Positions 1 through 9,075 of a DNA stretch of 64,000 nt are shown one piece after another. The notes below the pieces were generated by a model, which saw only the letters and a program-made list of their open reading frames with translations, was not told where the DNA came from and ran no database searches. The DNA lies in contig NC_043008.1 of assembly GCF_006345805.1 (NCBI RefSeq), forward strand, positions 43,586,001-43,650,000, written 5' to 3'. This DNA comes from Octopus sinensis (lineage: Eukaryota). The position numbers and the translations under genes are program-made. Positions within the stretch are counted from its first letter, which is position 1; each line of letters opens with the position of its first letter.

Positions 1-41
1 TCTGGTTGTTCTTGGAGCTTACTACGGCACCGGAAATAAAG
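1..41 (+). CDS. LIG3: DNA ligase III, 3' end of an upstream coding exon (partial, runs off window start)
   Basis: Codons from nt 2 read LVVLGAYYGTGNK+G, matching LIG3 DLVVLGAFYGxGxKGG as I recall it. GT donor at 42 (G|GTATTT) is phase 1 and joins the exon at 960 to make GGT. Not in the ORF track. Confidence 0.9.
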
Positions 42-564
42 GTATTTCAAAAAGTTTTTCAATTTAGTTTTTGTTTAAATTTTTTACGTCTGTGATTCCC
101 CCCCCCCCTGAATTCCTTTATTTGTTTGTTTACTAAATTTCAGTCTTTTGGGCTGTGGCCATACTGGAACACCACCTTCAAGGGTTTTTGTGAATTATAT
201 TGGTCCCTTGTTCTCCACCCAGCATGTCATCTGAAATTTATTCTGTTCATGAAACAAAACACAATAAACCAGTAAAACATAAAAATAAATAATCTTTTTT
301 TTATTGGTGGAACTTGAATTCGATAAAGTTGTAAATAATAGCTTGTAGAATATTGAGCTCAAAAACCCATTGGAGAATACAGTGGGATAATGTCCAAGGG
401 ATGATGGGTTAGGCATAGCGATTAGTGTGGTGAAAGGCTTGTTGGACAGACCAAGGATAGCAGTTTTCCTGTCACCAAACATTTTACTCTCTCAAATGGG
501 TGTATTTCATTAGATCACCAGCACTGTGAACTGTTTAATCTCACAGTCATGCCTCTATTCATAT

Positions 565-866
565 CACCGTGACTGATCAGGCTATCAGATGTTGCTACAC
601 ATCGCTGGTCACAATGCGCTTTGCATTGTTTTAGCCTTCAAGTGATGCCACCCCGCTGGCTAAGCAAGCAGGCCAACAGAAGAAAGAGTGAGAGGAAGTT
701 TTGGTGAAAGAGTACAGCAGGGATCGCCACCACCCCCTGCTGGAGCCTCATGGAACTTTAGGTGTTTTCGCTCAATAAACACTCACAATGCCCGGTCTAG
801 GAATTGAAACCGCGATCCTACAACCGCGAGTCCGCTGCCCTAACTACTGGGCCATTGCGCCTCCAC
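565..866 (-). mobile_element. tRNA-headed SINE family A, tail type 1
   Basis: Reverse strand begins GTGGAGGCGCAATGGCCCAGTAGTTAGGGCAGCGGACTCG, with Pol III A and B boxes. TSD TCTATTCATAT at 554-564 and 867-877. Confidence 0.85.
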
Positions 867-959
867 TCTATTCATATAGTCATCTTTAAACAGTTCTGTT
901 TTACCGTTCTTTCATGTATTCTGGAACTTATGTTTTATTGCACTTCTCTTCTCTGCTAG

Positions 960-1324
960 GTGGACTTATGTCGGTGTTCTTAACAGGAGTATACAATCCA
1001 TTCACCAAAAAATGGTGTACCGTTAGCAAAGTTGGTAATGGTTTCGATGACAAAACCTTAGACCGTTTGCAGAAGGAGCTGAAGATGGTAAAAATTAGCA
1101 AGGATGTTCAGAAAGTACCATCTTGGTTAAATATAAAAAAGAGTGTCATACCAGATTTTATTGTTGAGGACCCACATCAGGCGCCAGTCTGGGAGATCAC
1201 CGGAGCAGAATTTAGCAAGGCTGAAATTCACACAGCTGATGGGATTTCCATCAGGTTCCCTCGTCTCACCAAAATACGAACAGATAAAAGCTGGAAAGAA
1301 GCAACTGACCTACCAAGGCTTAAG
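960..1324 (+). CDS. LIG3: DNA ligase III exon, OB-fold domain
   Basis: GLMSVFLTGVYNPFTKKWCTV...VWEITGAEFSKAEIHTADGISIRFPRLTKIRTDKSWKEATDLPRLK. WEITGAEFSK and GISIRFPR are LIG3 signatures. Pyrimidine tract with AG at 958-959; donor AAG|GTGAGT at 1325. Confidence 0.96.
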
Positions 1325-1389
1325 GTGAGTTTGTCAATGAAAGTAAGCTCCTTTCCATTTTCTCCACTCACTCCGTGAGTATAGTGTGT

Positions 1390-1530
1390 GCTTTTTACGT
1401 GCCAGGGGAGGCTGGAAACAGCCACGATCGGTTGGTGGTTTTTACGTGACAGGTGAGACTGGAAACGGCCACGTTCAGTTGGTGGTTTTTACGTGCCACC
1501 AACACGGAAGCCAGTCAAGGTGGCGCTGGC
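1390..1530 (-). mobile_element. RTE-type LINE 3'UTR fragment with internal TTTTACGTG repeats
   Basis: Same GGTGxTTTTACGTGCCAC motifs as in the longer copy at 9743-10185. Confidence 0.6.
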
Positions 1531-1589
1531 TTTATTAGATGGAAATTGAAAGCAGTTCATCGTATATTATTATCTTCATCATTATTTAA

Positions 1590-1810
1590 CCCTTTAGTGT
1601 TCGCATTATTTTGCCAAAATTAATGCTTCTTTATCCTAATTGTTTTGAATTAATCAGGCATTATCTTGTAGCTATGAGATTTTGATGAGGTAGCTGTTAA
1701 TTTTTTAAACAATATTGTAGGGTTGGTGTGAGAGACCAGATATGGCCAGTTTGAACATAAAACAGGCAGAATACTTTTGGCCGGATATGGCCGGTTTAAA
1801 TGCTAAAGGG
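1590..1810. mobile_element. Non-autonomous piggyBac-like MITE
   Basis: TTAA|CCCTTTAG ... CTAAAGGG|TTAA: CCC-starting TIRs with TTAA duplication at 1586-1589 and 1811-1814. Confidence 0.85.
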
Positions 1811-1995
1811 TTAATGTCCATTTGCCATACTGGCATGGGTTGGATGGTTTGACAGGAGCTGGCAAGCCAGGGAGTTGCACCACGCTCCAATTGTCTGATT
1901 TGGTAAAGTGTCTATAGCTTGATGCACTTCCTACACCAACCACTTTCCAGACTGTTCTGGGTATTTTTTATGTGGCACGAGCATAAGTGCTTTTT
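1811..1995 (-). mobile_element. RTE-type LINE 3' end (antisense), interrupted by the piggyBac MITE
   Basis: CATCATTATTTAA (1577-1589) continues as TGTCCATTTGCCATACTGGCATGGGTTGG, the reverse complement of the recurrent CCAACCCATGCxAGCATGGAAA...TTAAACGATGATG tail. Confidence 0.7.
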
Positions 1996-2065
1996 GCATA
2001 TATTTAATCGTCTTGAAATGTATTATAATTCTTACTTTTTCTGTTATTTTTGCTTGTTTCAAAAG

Positions 2066-2368
2066 GAACTTTACAAGTCATCAAAAGAGGTGTCCGACTT
2101 TCCAAATCTCGTTACTCCGAAGGTCTCACCTGCAGATGACTCTTCTAAAGAAAATGACTTCAAAGGAGATGCGGAGCAAAGCAGCGATGAGCACAAGAAC
2201 AGCCAGTCGTCCCCGCAAAAGACTCCGGTCAAGCGGAAAATTCCGATGAAAGAGGAGCAGGAATCACCAGGACAATCTTCGAAAAGCAAAGCACGGAAAA
2301 TTGATGAAATGTTTCAGAAATCTCGTTCGGATAATGAGGGAGGGGACAAAAAATCCTCAACATCAAAG
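2066..2368 (+). CDS. LIG3: DNA ligase III exon, end of OB-fold plus Ser/Lys/Glu-rich linker
   Basis: Begins ELYKSSKE, continuing LK|ELY as in LIG3. AG at 2064-2065; donor AAG|GTAAAG at 2369; 303 nt, phase 0-0. Contains TPK, SPQK and TPVKRK (CDK/NLS-like motifs). Confidence 0.88.
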
Positions 2369-3058
2369 GTAAAGAAATTCTGTCAGGCTGCTGTTGTTGT
2401 TGTTGCTGCTGTTGTTGTTACTGTTGTTGTTGTTTAGACATCTCTGTAGGAGAAAGGGAACTCTTGATGTAACTCCTGTGATGTTGCATCCGATGATGTA
2501 GACTAGATCTTTTTTTCAGGGCAAATGCATTCATTGTTTAGGATGTAGCATTAGACCCTGTGCAAGACCTTTTCTCACTATAAAAAGCAATGCCTGTGCT
2601 TGATTTTTAATATCTCTGTTAACTTCTCTATGCGTGCTATTGCTGGCTGTGGCCTAGAACAGCAAAAGCACTCAATGCTGGAATGAAAGTATGTGTCAGC
2701 ATGGGTTGCAAGCTCTCTGAACACCAGCTGCGAGAGGCACCTGCTATTGCGAAAGAGTGTAGGTCCCTAGCAAGGCTGGAAATCAAAATCAATATTTCTG
2801 TATTTGAGCCAATGAAAGGACCTGTTCGGGGTTGTTTGTCCTGCTAAAAATATCTGCTGAATCTCCTTCAAATCAAAGCCAGCTGTCTTTAACAATAAAG
2901 GACACATCAAAAGAAACACCCTACTTACTCCTGACAGGAATACTTGTGTTCATATACCTGGACAATACAGTTTGACCTGGGGCTAAATAACAATACTTTT
3001 GTATGTTTTGTGATTTTTTTTCTTTTCAGTTAAAATTGAATTAATTTTCTGTTTGCAG

Positions 3059-3169
3059 GAGAAGAAACCAATGTGTAAATATGGCAGTGGTTGTTACCAA
3101 AAGAATCCTCAACATTTGGCAGCTTTTGACCATTCTACATCTTCCAGTGGTGCTGCCAGTACTTCTGTG
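3059..3169 (+). CDS. LIG3: DNA ligase III exon encoding a PBZ (PAR-binding, zf-CCHH) zinc finger
   Basis: TTTGCAG acceptor at 3057-3058. Reads EKKPMCKYGSGCYQKNPQHLAAFDHSTSSSGAASTSV, with C-x5-C-x6-H-x5-H spacing and CxYG and FxH positions. Donor GTG|GTACAA at 3170; 111 nt, phase 0-0. Confidence 0.88.
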
Positions 3170-3339
3170 GTACAAAATATTTCTTGTTTTACTGTTTAAT
3201 CTCCAGATCAACGAATTCAAATCCTAGTGAAGTTAAAAATTTGTAGCTTTAGATTACCCATACAATTCTGCCAAGAAAAATAGTTTTAATATTCTGCGGA
3301 CTTATGTTTATGCCAAAAATCATTAGTTAACATGGTTAA

Positions 3340-3745
3340 TTAACCATGTTAATTAATAATTACATGGTTAATTAGGAATTACATGGTTAATTCATAATTA
3401 TACTAAATTAATGATTACATTGTTAATTATGCATTGCATGGTTAATTGATAATTAATTTGTTAAGTAAAGGTTACTTTCTTACTTAGTGATTACATAGTT
3501 ATCACATCAATAATTACTTTGTCAGTTAGTGACTATTTGGTTAATTAATGATTGCTTTGCTAATTATAGCTGTTGTGATTAATTAGTAATTATTTGGTCA
3601 ATCAGTGATTTCATGATCAATTATTGATTACATAGTTAGTTACTGAATACATGGTTAATTAGTGATTGCATATTTAATTAGTAATTATATAGTTAATTAG
3701 TAATCACATAGTTAATTAGTAATTGCATAGCTAATTAGTGGTTGG
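3340..3745. repeat. Degenerate ~20-22 bp AT-rich minisatellite (core AATTACATGGTTAATTAG)
   Basis: Many visible imperfect copies of TTACATGGTTAATT / TTACATAGTTAATTAG. Confidence 0.7.
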
Positions 3746-3828
3746 ATGGTTGCCATGGGTAGGTTGTTCTTATTGTTCTCTTCCATTTTGTGTTCATTAA
3801 AATGGATATGTGTCTTGAGAGTCTATAT

Positions 3829-3990
3829 CAGGGATTCTCAGTCGTGGCTCCCAGGGCTGCATGTGGCCCTCAAGCAACCTTTGGGTGGCCCCTAGTGGTC
3901 TCCCCTCTATAAATGTAATAGTTTTTCTTTAATTGATTTGTGTTTTACTTTTTTTGGTGTGGCCCCTTTAAAAAAATCCAGGTTTTGGAT
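3829..3990. mobile_element. Possible hAT-type MITE fragment
   Basis: Starts CAGGGATTCTCA and carries repeated GTGGCCC subterminal motifs. The second TIR is not clear. Confidence 0.3.
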
Positions 3991-3994
3991 TTGA

Positions 3995-4340
3995 CCCTAG
4001 TGTATCTGGAAAGGGTAGACCGAGGAAGATGTGGGTTGAAGTGGTGAGAAAGGATCTTTGGATGTTGGGTCTCACTTAGGAAATGACAAAGGGCCAGGGG
4101 ATGTGGTGATTTGCTGTACTTGATAAGACACACCAAGCTAATTAAAATCGCTGTCTTCAACACATACAGGTGTGTCCTTTCAGGTGTCGGTGCCACTTAA
4201 GAAGCACCTGTGCTAATGCTGCTTTATTGCACCCATGCTGGGGCTGCGTAAAGATACCTGTGCAAGTGGCACATAAAGAGCTTGTCAAACCATCCAACCC
4301 ATACCTGCATGGAGAATGAACTTTAAATGATGATGATGAT
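3995..4340 (+). mobile_element. RTE-clade LINE 3' end with decayed ORF C-terminus
   Basis: From 4014 reads GRPRKMWVEVVRKDLWMLGLT*EMTKGQGMW*FAVLDKT (GRPRKxW motif), followed by a UTR and a (GAT)n tail. Confidence 0.75.
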
Positions 4341-4464
4341 TGAAAAAGGTTGAAAACCACTGGTCTCCACGGCTGGTGGGTTCTTGGTATGTTGCTACCA
4401 TCACCTCACCATCCAACCCATGCCAGCATAGAAAACACGTCATATGATGATGATGATGGTTAAT

Positions 4465-4680
4465 TAGTCATTACAAGGCGGCAAGCTGACAGAACTGTTT
4501 GCACAACAGGCAAAATGTTTAGCAGCATTTCGTCTGTCTTAACATTCTGGGTTCTGCTGAGGGTAATTTTGCCTTTCATCCTTTAGGGGTCAATAAAGCA
4601 AGTACCATTTGAACACAGGGGTCAATGTAACAGACTCACCCCTCCCCCAAAATTGCTGGCTTTGTGCCAAAATTTGAAAC
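4465..4680 (+). mobile_element. SINE family C, old copy with alternative tail
   Basis: AAGGCGGCAAGCTGACAGAA...TTTGCCTTTCATCCTTT...GTGCCAAAATTTGAAAC. The same tail occurs at 51338-51526. Confidence 0.7.
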
Positions 4681-4752
4681 TAGTTAGTGATTACATAGAT
4701 ACTAATAGCACAATGATTAATGAGTGACCTTTCTTTATTCGTACCTCTTCAG

Positions 4753-4844
4753 TCAGATCCTCTGCCCAATGTGTTCCGTAACATGAAGATTTACCTCCCT
4801 AAAAACATGGAATCCTACAAGAAACTGAAGAGATTCATTATTGC
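4753..4844 (+). CDS. LIG3: DNA ligase III exon, BRCT N-terminal part
   Basis: CTCTTCAG acceptor at 4751-4752. Reads SDPLPNVFRNMKIYLPKNMESYKKLKRFII+GC, similar to the LIG3 BRCT (L.DIF.G..LYLP....F..L.RYFVA). Ends at the U12 donor ATATCCTTT. Confidence 0.9.
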
Positions 4845-5745
4845 ATATCCTTTTATGGTTACAATGCTGGATGTTTGTTGTTGTTATTGTTTAACCCTTG
4901 TTTAGCCCTGATCCTGCAGGACCTATGATCAAAAGTGTCCCAACTGTGGGCCATCTTGTTTTTTTAAATATATCGTCCAACCCATGCTAGCATGGAAAGC
5001 GGACATTAAACGATGATGATATGTTTGCCAGGACATTGTCTAATGTGCTCTTCTCTTTTTGGAAAGAAGATTTAGCTGCTATTTCTAGTAGGTACAGTGG
5101 CTACACAGAAGCTATCTAATAAACTTGACTCTGTTATTGTTGCTGTTGTTTAGCCCCTGGTCATCTCTGATCCAACAGGACCTGTGATCAAAAATGTGGG
5201 CTATATCCCATTCACTGTCTGAATGTTTTTTTGAAATATGAAATGTAGGTTTCAAGAGAATGCTTATCCTTATGTCCTTTTGTCTAAAAACCTTTGTGAA
5301 CAACACCTGCAAAAATCGCTGCTCCAGTGTTACGCTTTTGATTTCATTTCAGGTTTTTGTGTTAATATTTTCATAAACATCATAAATTCTCTACAATTGA
5401 AGTCATGAAATTGTGTTGCTGTTTAAGCAATGTTCCAAAATAATACCTTCTATTAATACTAAGTACCATTTATGCAATTACAAGCCTCTTTGAATTTCAT
5501 TCTGGTCCAGAAAAAAACATTGATTTTCAAAATGTTTTATAGATTTTATTGATATATGTTTTAATGTGTGTATGTGTGTGACACTGTAGAATTGAACCTA
5601 AAACCCCTTTGCTTCAAAGTGAACATTGCAAACCACACAACCATATTCTTGCGTATTATTATAATTAAATATTTTGTGCCATTTTTACTCGTATTTAGTT
5701 CTAGTTGTCTGTGTCTCTCTAATTGTTTTCCTTAATTAATCGCAC
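4845..5745 (+). other. U12-type AT-AC intron (901 nt)
   Basis: 5' end ATATCCTTTT, branch-like TTTTCCTTAAT at 5726-5736, terminal CGCAC at 5741-5745. Splicing yields GC+T TTC GAT GGA = A-F-D-G, restoring the BRCT AFDG motif. Confidence 0.9.
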
Positions 5746-5818
5746 TTTCGATGGAGAAATATTGCCGGACCATGACATCTCCAACGCCACCCACCTTGTC
5801 ATTGTCAAAGACCTCAAT
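5746..5818 (+). CDS. LIG3: DNA ligase III exon, BRCT middle part
   Basis: T+FDGEILPDHDISNATHLVIVKDLN, resembling LIG3 FDGDLV.EFD...ATHV. Donor AAT|GTAGGT at 5819, phase 0. Confidence 0.88.
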
Positions 5819-6218
5819 GTAGGTTCAATCAAGATATTTTATTCAATTATTGTTATTGATATTAGCATGGATCAACGTATTTCTTATTTGTTTCTACCCT
5901 CAGATCAGCTCTAATCCAGCCAACCCCTGGTCAAAGAAGTGCCATGACCATCCAGTTATATTTTGATTTAAATGAATTATTTTTACAGATGTGTATAGGT
6001 GCTGGGTTGGCTGTGTGGTAAGAAGTCTTCAAAGGACAATGTGCTCGGGTAAACAGCGATCGGCAGGTGTTGCTTGTTGCCTCATTATTATCATATTGTT
6101 TATCATTTCATTTCATTATGTCTTCGTCCAGCCTGCAGCTTTCTTTCTTTGTAAGGCCCTTGTGGCCAATCTAACGAATAAAAGAAGTCTTCTTCTTGGT
6201 CATAAAAAAAAAAGAAAA

Positions 6219-6451
6219 AAAGGCGAGTTGGCAGAAACGTTAGCACGTCGGGCAAAATGCTTAGTGGTATTTCATCTGCCGTTACGTTCTGAGTTCAAAT
6301 TCCGCCGAGGTCAACTTTGCCTTTCATTCTTTCGGGGTCGATAAATAAAGTACCAGTTACGCACTGGGGTCGATGTAATCGACTTAATCCCTTTGTCTGT
6401 CCTTGTTTGTCCTCTCTATGTTTAACCCCTTGTGGGTAATAAAGAAATAAG
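6219..6451 (+). mobile_element. tRNA-headed SINE family C
   Basis: GGCGAGTTGGCAGAAACGTTAGCACG...GAGTTCAAATTCCGCCGAGG...CCCCTTGTGGGTAATAAAGAAAT. Homologous to 44871-45066 and 49640-50050. Confidence 0.85.
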
Positions 6452-6826
6452 AAGTCTGATCTCTCTGTTTATGACCTATGTAAGACTGATCACACTGTTT
6501 ATGACCTATGTGAGACTGATCACACTGTTTATGACCTATGTAAGACTGATCACCCTGTTTATGATTTATGTAAGACTGATCACCCTATTTATGACCTATG
6601 TGAGACTGATCACACTGTTTAAGACCTATGTAAGACTGATCACACTGTTTATGACCTATGTAAGACTGATCACCCTGTTTATGATCTATGTAAGACTGAT
6701 CTCTCAATAATCTATGTAAGACAGATCACCCTGTTTATAATCCATATAAGACTGATCTCACTATTTATGATAGCTCTACAAGACTGATCTTTCAGTTTAT
6801 GATATCTATGTGAGACTGATCTCTTA
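6452..6826. repeat. 30-bp minisatellite (ATGACCTATGTAAGACTGATCACACTGTTT), about 8 good and about 4 degenerate units
   Basis: Exact 30-nt periodicity in 6452-6703; translates as repeated FMTYVRLITL. Confidence 0.95.
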
Positions 6827-7494
6827 TGGTATTTAAATAGACATTAAAATGATGATGATAAATTTTCAAACTTTTCTTTTCCCAGCTTTTTCTATAAAAT
6901 GTTCTTAACATCTTTTATTTACAACATTTTGGTGTTGTTTATGGAAATAGATTTTTTAAAAACTATATTTCTAAAGTTTTGTAAAAATTTGTTACATTTT
7001 GTTGTTTATTGTGTTTGTATGAATGTGTGTATATATATATATATGTATGTGTGTGTATGTGTATTAGCATTAATGTATGTATAAACTGTGTGTGTATGTG
7101 TATGTGATTTTATGCTTAGCATATTAATAATTTTATAGTTTAAAATACCTATATGTGTGTGTGCATATGTGTGTCTTAATATGTATAAATGCATTAAAAG
7201 TTATACAGATTGTATGTGTGTGTGTGTGTTTTAGTATGTTTGTTTTAGTATGTATAGATGTATTAATGTACATACAGATTGTGTGTTTAGATATACCAGT
7301 GCATTTAGTTTTAGCAAACATGTATGTTAGTATGTATACATGTGTTAATGTTCATATATATTGTATGTGTTAGCATATATATTTTTTGCACACACATTGT
7401 GTGTGTGTGTGTTGGTGTGGTGTGTGGCTGTAGATATAACTTTTAAAATGTTTTTATTATTTCGGTATAGAGTAATATTATGAAAACTATATTA

Positions 7495-7525
7495 TATTTG
7501 AAGATTATTATTATTATTATTATTA

Positions 7526-7557
<32 letters not shown>

Positions 7558-7760
7558 TTTGTTGTTGTTGTTATTATTATTATCATTATTATTCTTATTA
7601 TTATTATCATTTTTTATTATTATTATTGTTATTATTTTTGTTATTATTTTTGTTGTTATTATTATTATTTTTATGATTTTTATTATTGTTGTTATTATTA
7701 TTATTATATTATTATTATTATTATTTTTATGATTTTTATTATTGTTGTTGTTATTACTAC
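7495..7760. repeat. (ATT/GTT)n trinucleotide microsatellite
   Basis: Directly visible in the sequence. Confidence 0.95.
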
Positions 7761-7898
7761 TGCTATATCTTGTTTCTTGTTGTAACTTCAAGTTTTCCAA
7801 AAACTAAAACTTTTTATTTTTTGTTTAATTCCATACACAAAAACCACCACCACCACCACCTCCAACACGACAATAACAACAACACCAAAATCCCTCAG

Positions 7899-8015
7899 GA
7901 AAGTGATGTCAGCTCAGCTTCGCCTTCGGCTGTCTGTATAACGTCCGAGTGGCTGTGGAAGTGTATTAAGAAGAAGCAGTGTGTACCAACACAAAAGTAT
8001 GTCTTCACTGCCTGA
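7899..8015 (+). CDS. LIG3: DNA ligase III last coding exon, BRCT C-terminus and stop
   Basis: CCCTCAG acceptor at 7897-7898. Reads ESDVSSASPSAVCITSEWLWKCIKKKQCVPTQKYVFTA*, containing the BRCT alpha-3 motif EWxWxCI. TGA at 8013-8015. Confidence 0.9.
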   Translation, partial: ESDVSSASPSAVCITSEWLWKCIKKKQCVPTQKYVFTA

Positions 8016-8139
8016 CAACGTCTTCATTACGAGCTGCATGCTTCCAGCTGCAGAGGAGGTAGACACACGGAAACTCTTTTATTTCATAGAAACTGTCTTT
8101 CTGATTTGTTTATAATTCTCTGATATTTACTTGCACACA

Positions 8140-8195
8140 TGCACACACACACACATGTGAATACATATATACATACACACTTATATATATATGTG

Positions 8196-8255
<60 letters not shown>

Positions 8256-8464
8256 CACACATATATATACACACATACATATATATATTGTACATACACA
8301 CATATATATACACACATACATATATATATATGTACATGCATACATATATATACATACATACACACTTATATATATATTATATATATATGCATATATATAT
8401 ATCATCATCATCATCATCATCGTTTAGCATGGAAAACGGACGCTAAACGATGATGATGATGATG

Positions 8465-8497
<33 letters not shown>

Positions 8498-8986
8498 AGT
8501 GTGTATGTATGTATACATATATGTATGTATATATATGTATGCATGTACATATATATATATGTATGTGTGTATATATGTGTGTATATATATATGTGTGTAT
8601 ATATATATATATGTGTGTGTATATATATATGTGTGTGTATATATATATGTGTGTGTATATATATATGTGTATATATCTATATATATATATATGTATATAT
8701 GTATGTGTGTATGTATATATGTATGTGTGTATGTATATATGTATGTGTGTATGTATACATATGTATATGTGTATATATATGTATGTGTGTATATGTATGT
8801 GTGTGTATATATATATATATTATATATATACATGCAGATGTATATAAGTATATGTGTGTATGTAAGTATATGAACGTCTGCATACAAAACTTTTTCTATC
8901 TTCATATATGTTATTAAATATATATATTTGTATGTAAAATATGTATTCACGTGTGTGTATGTATATATTTATATATTTGTGTGTGT

Positions 8987-9022
<36 letters not shown>

Positions 9023-9075
9023 GGCTAGATAGATATATACATACATACATATTTGTGTGTGTGTGTGTATGTGTG
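8140..9075. repeat. Compound (TA)/(TG)/(CA) microsatellite block containing a large palindrome
   Basis: Directly visible; the arms around 8435 are reverse-complementary. Confidence 0.9.

Noticed and set aside
195-482. 95-aa minus-strand ORF in the LIG3 intron
   Set aside because: Antisense to an intron, with no motif and no splice support.
4845-4905. Read-through of the BRCT exon as AYPFMVTMLDVCCC..., or a GT donor at 4858
   Set aside because: It loses BRCT similarity. The AT-AC junction restores AFDG and matches the U12 consensus at the donor, branch site and acceptor.
6432-6710. ORF of FMTYVRLITL repeats; likewise the PQDHPHTSPC ORFs at 27286-27665
   Set aside because: A 30-bp unit keeps frames open automatically; there is no splice or homology support. 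The arrays also have no spacers, so they are not CRISPR.
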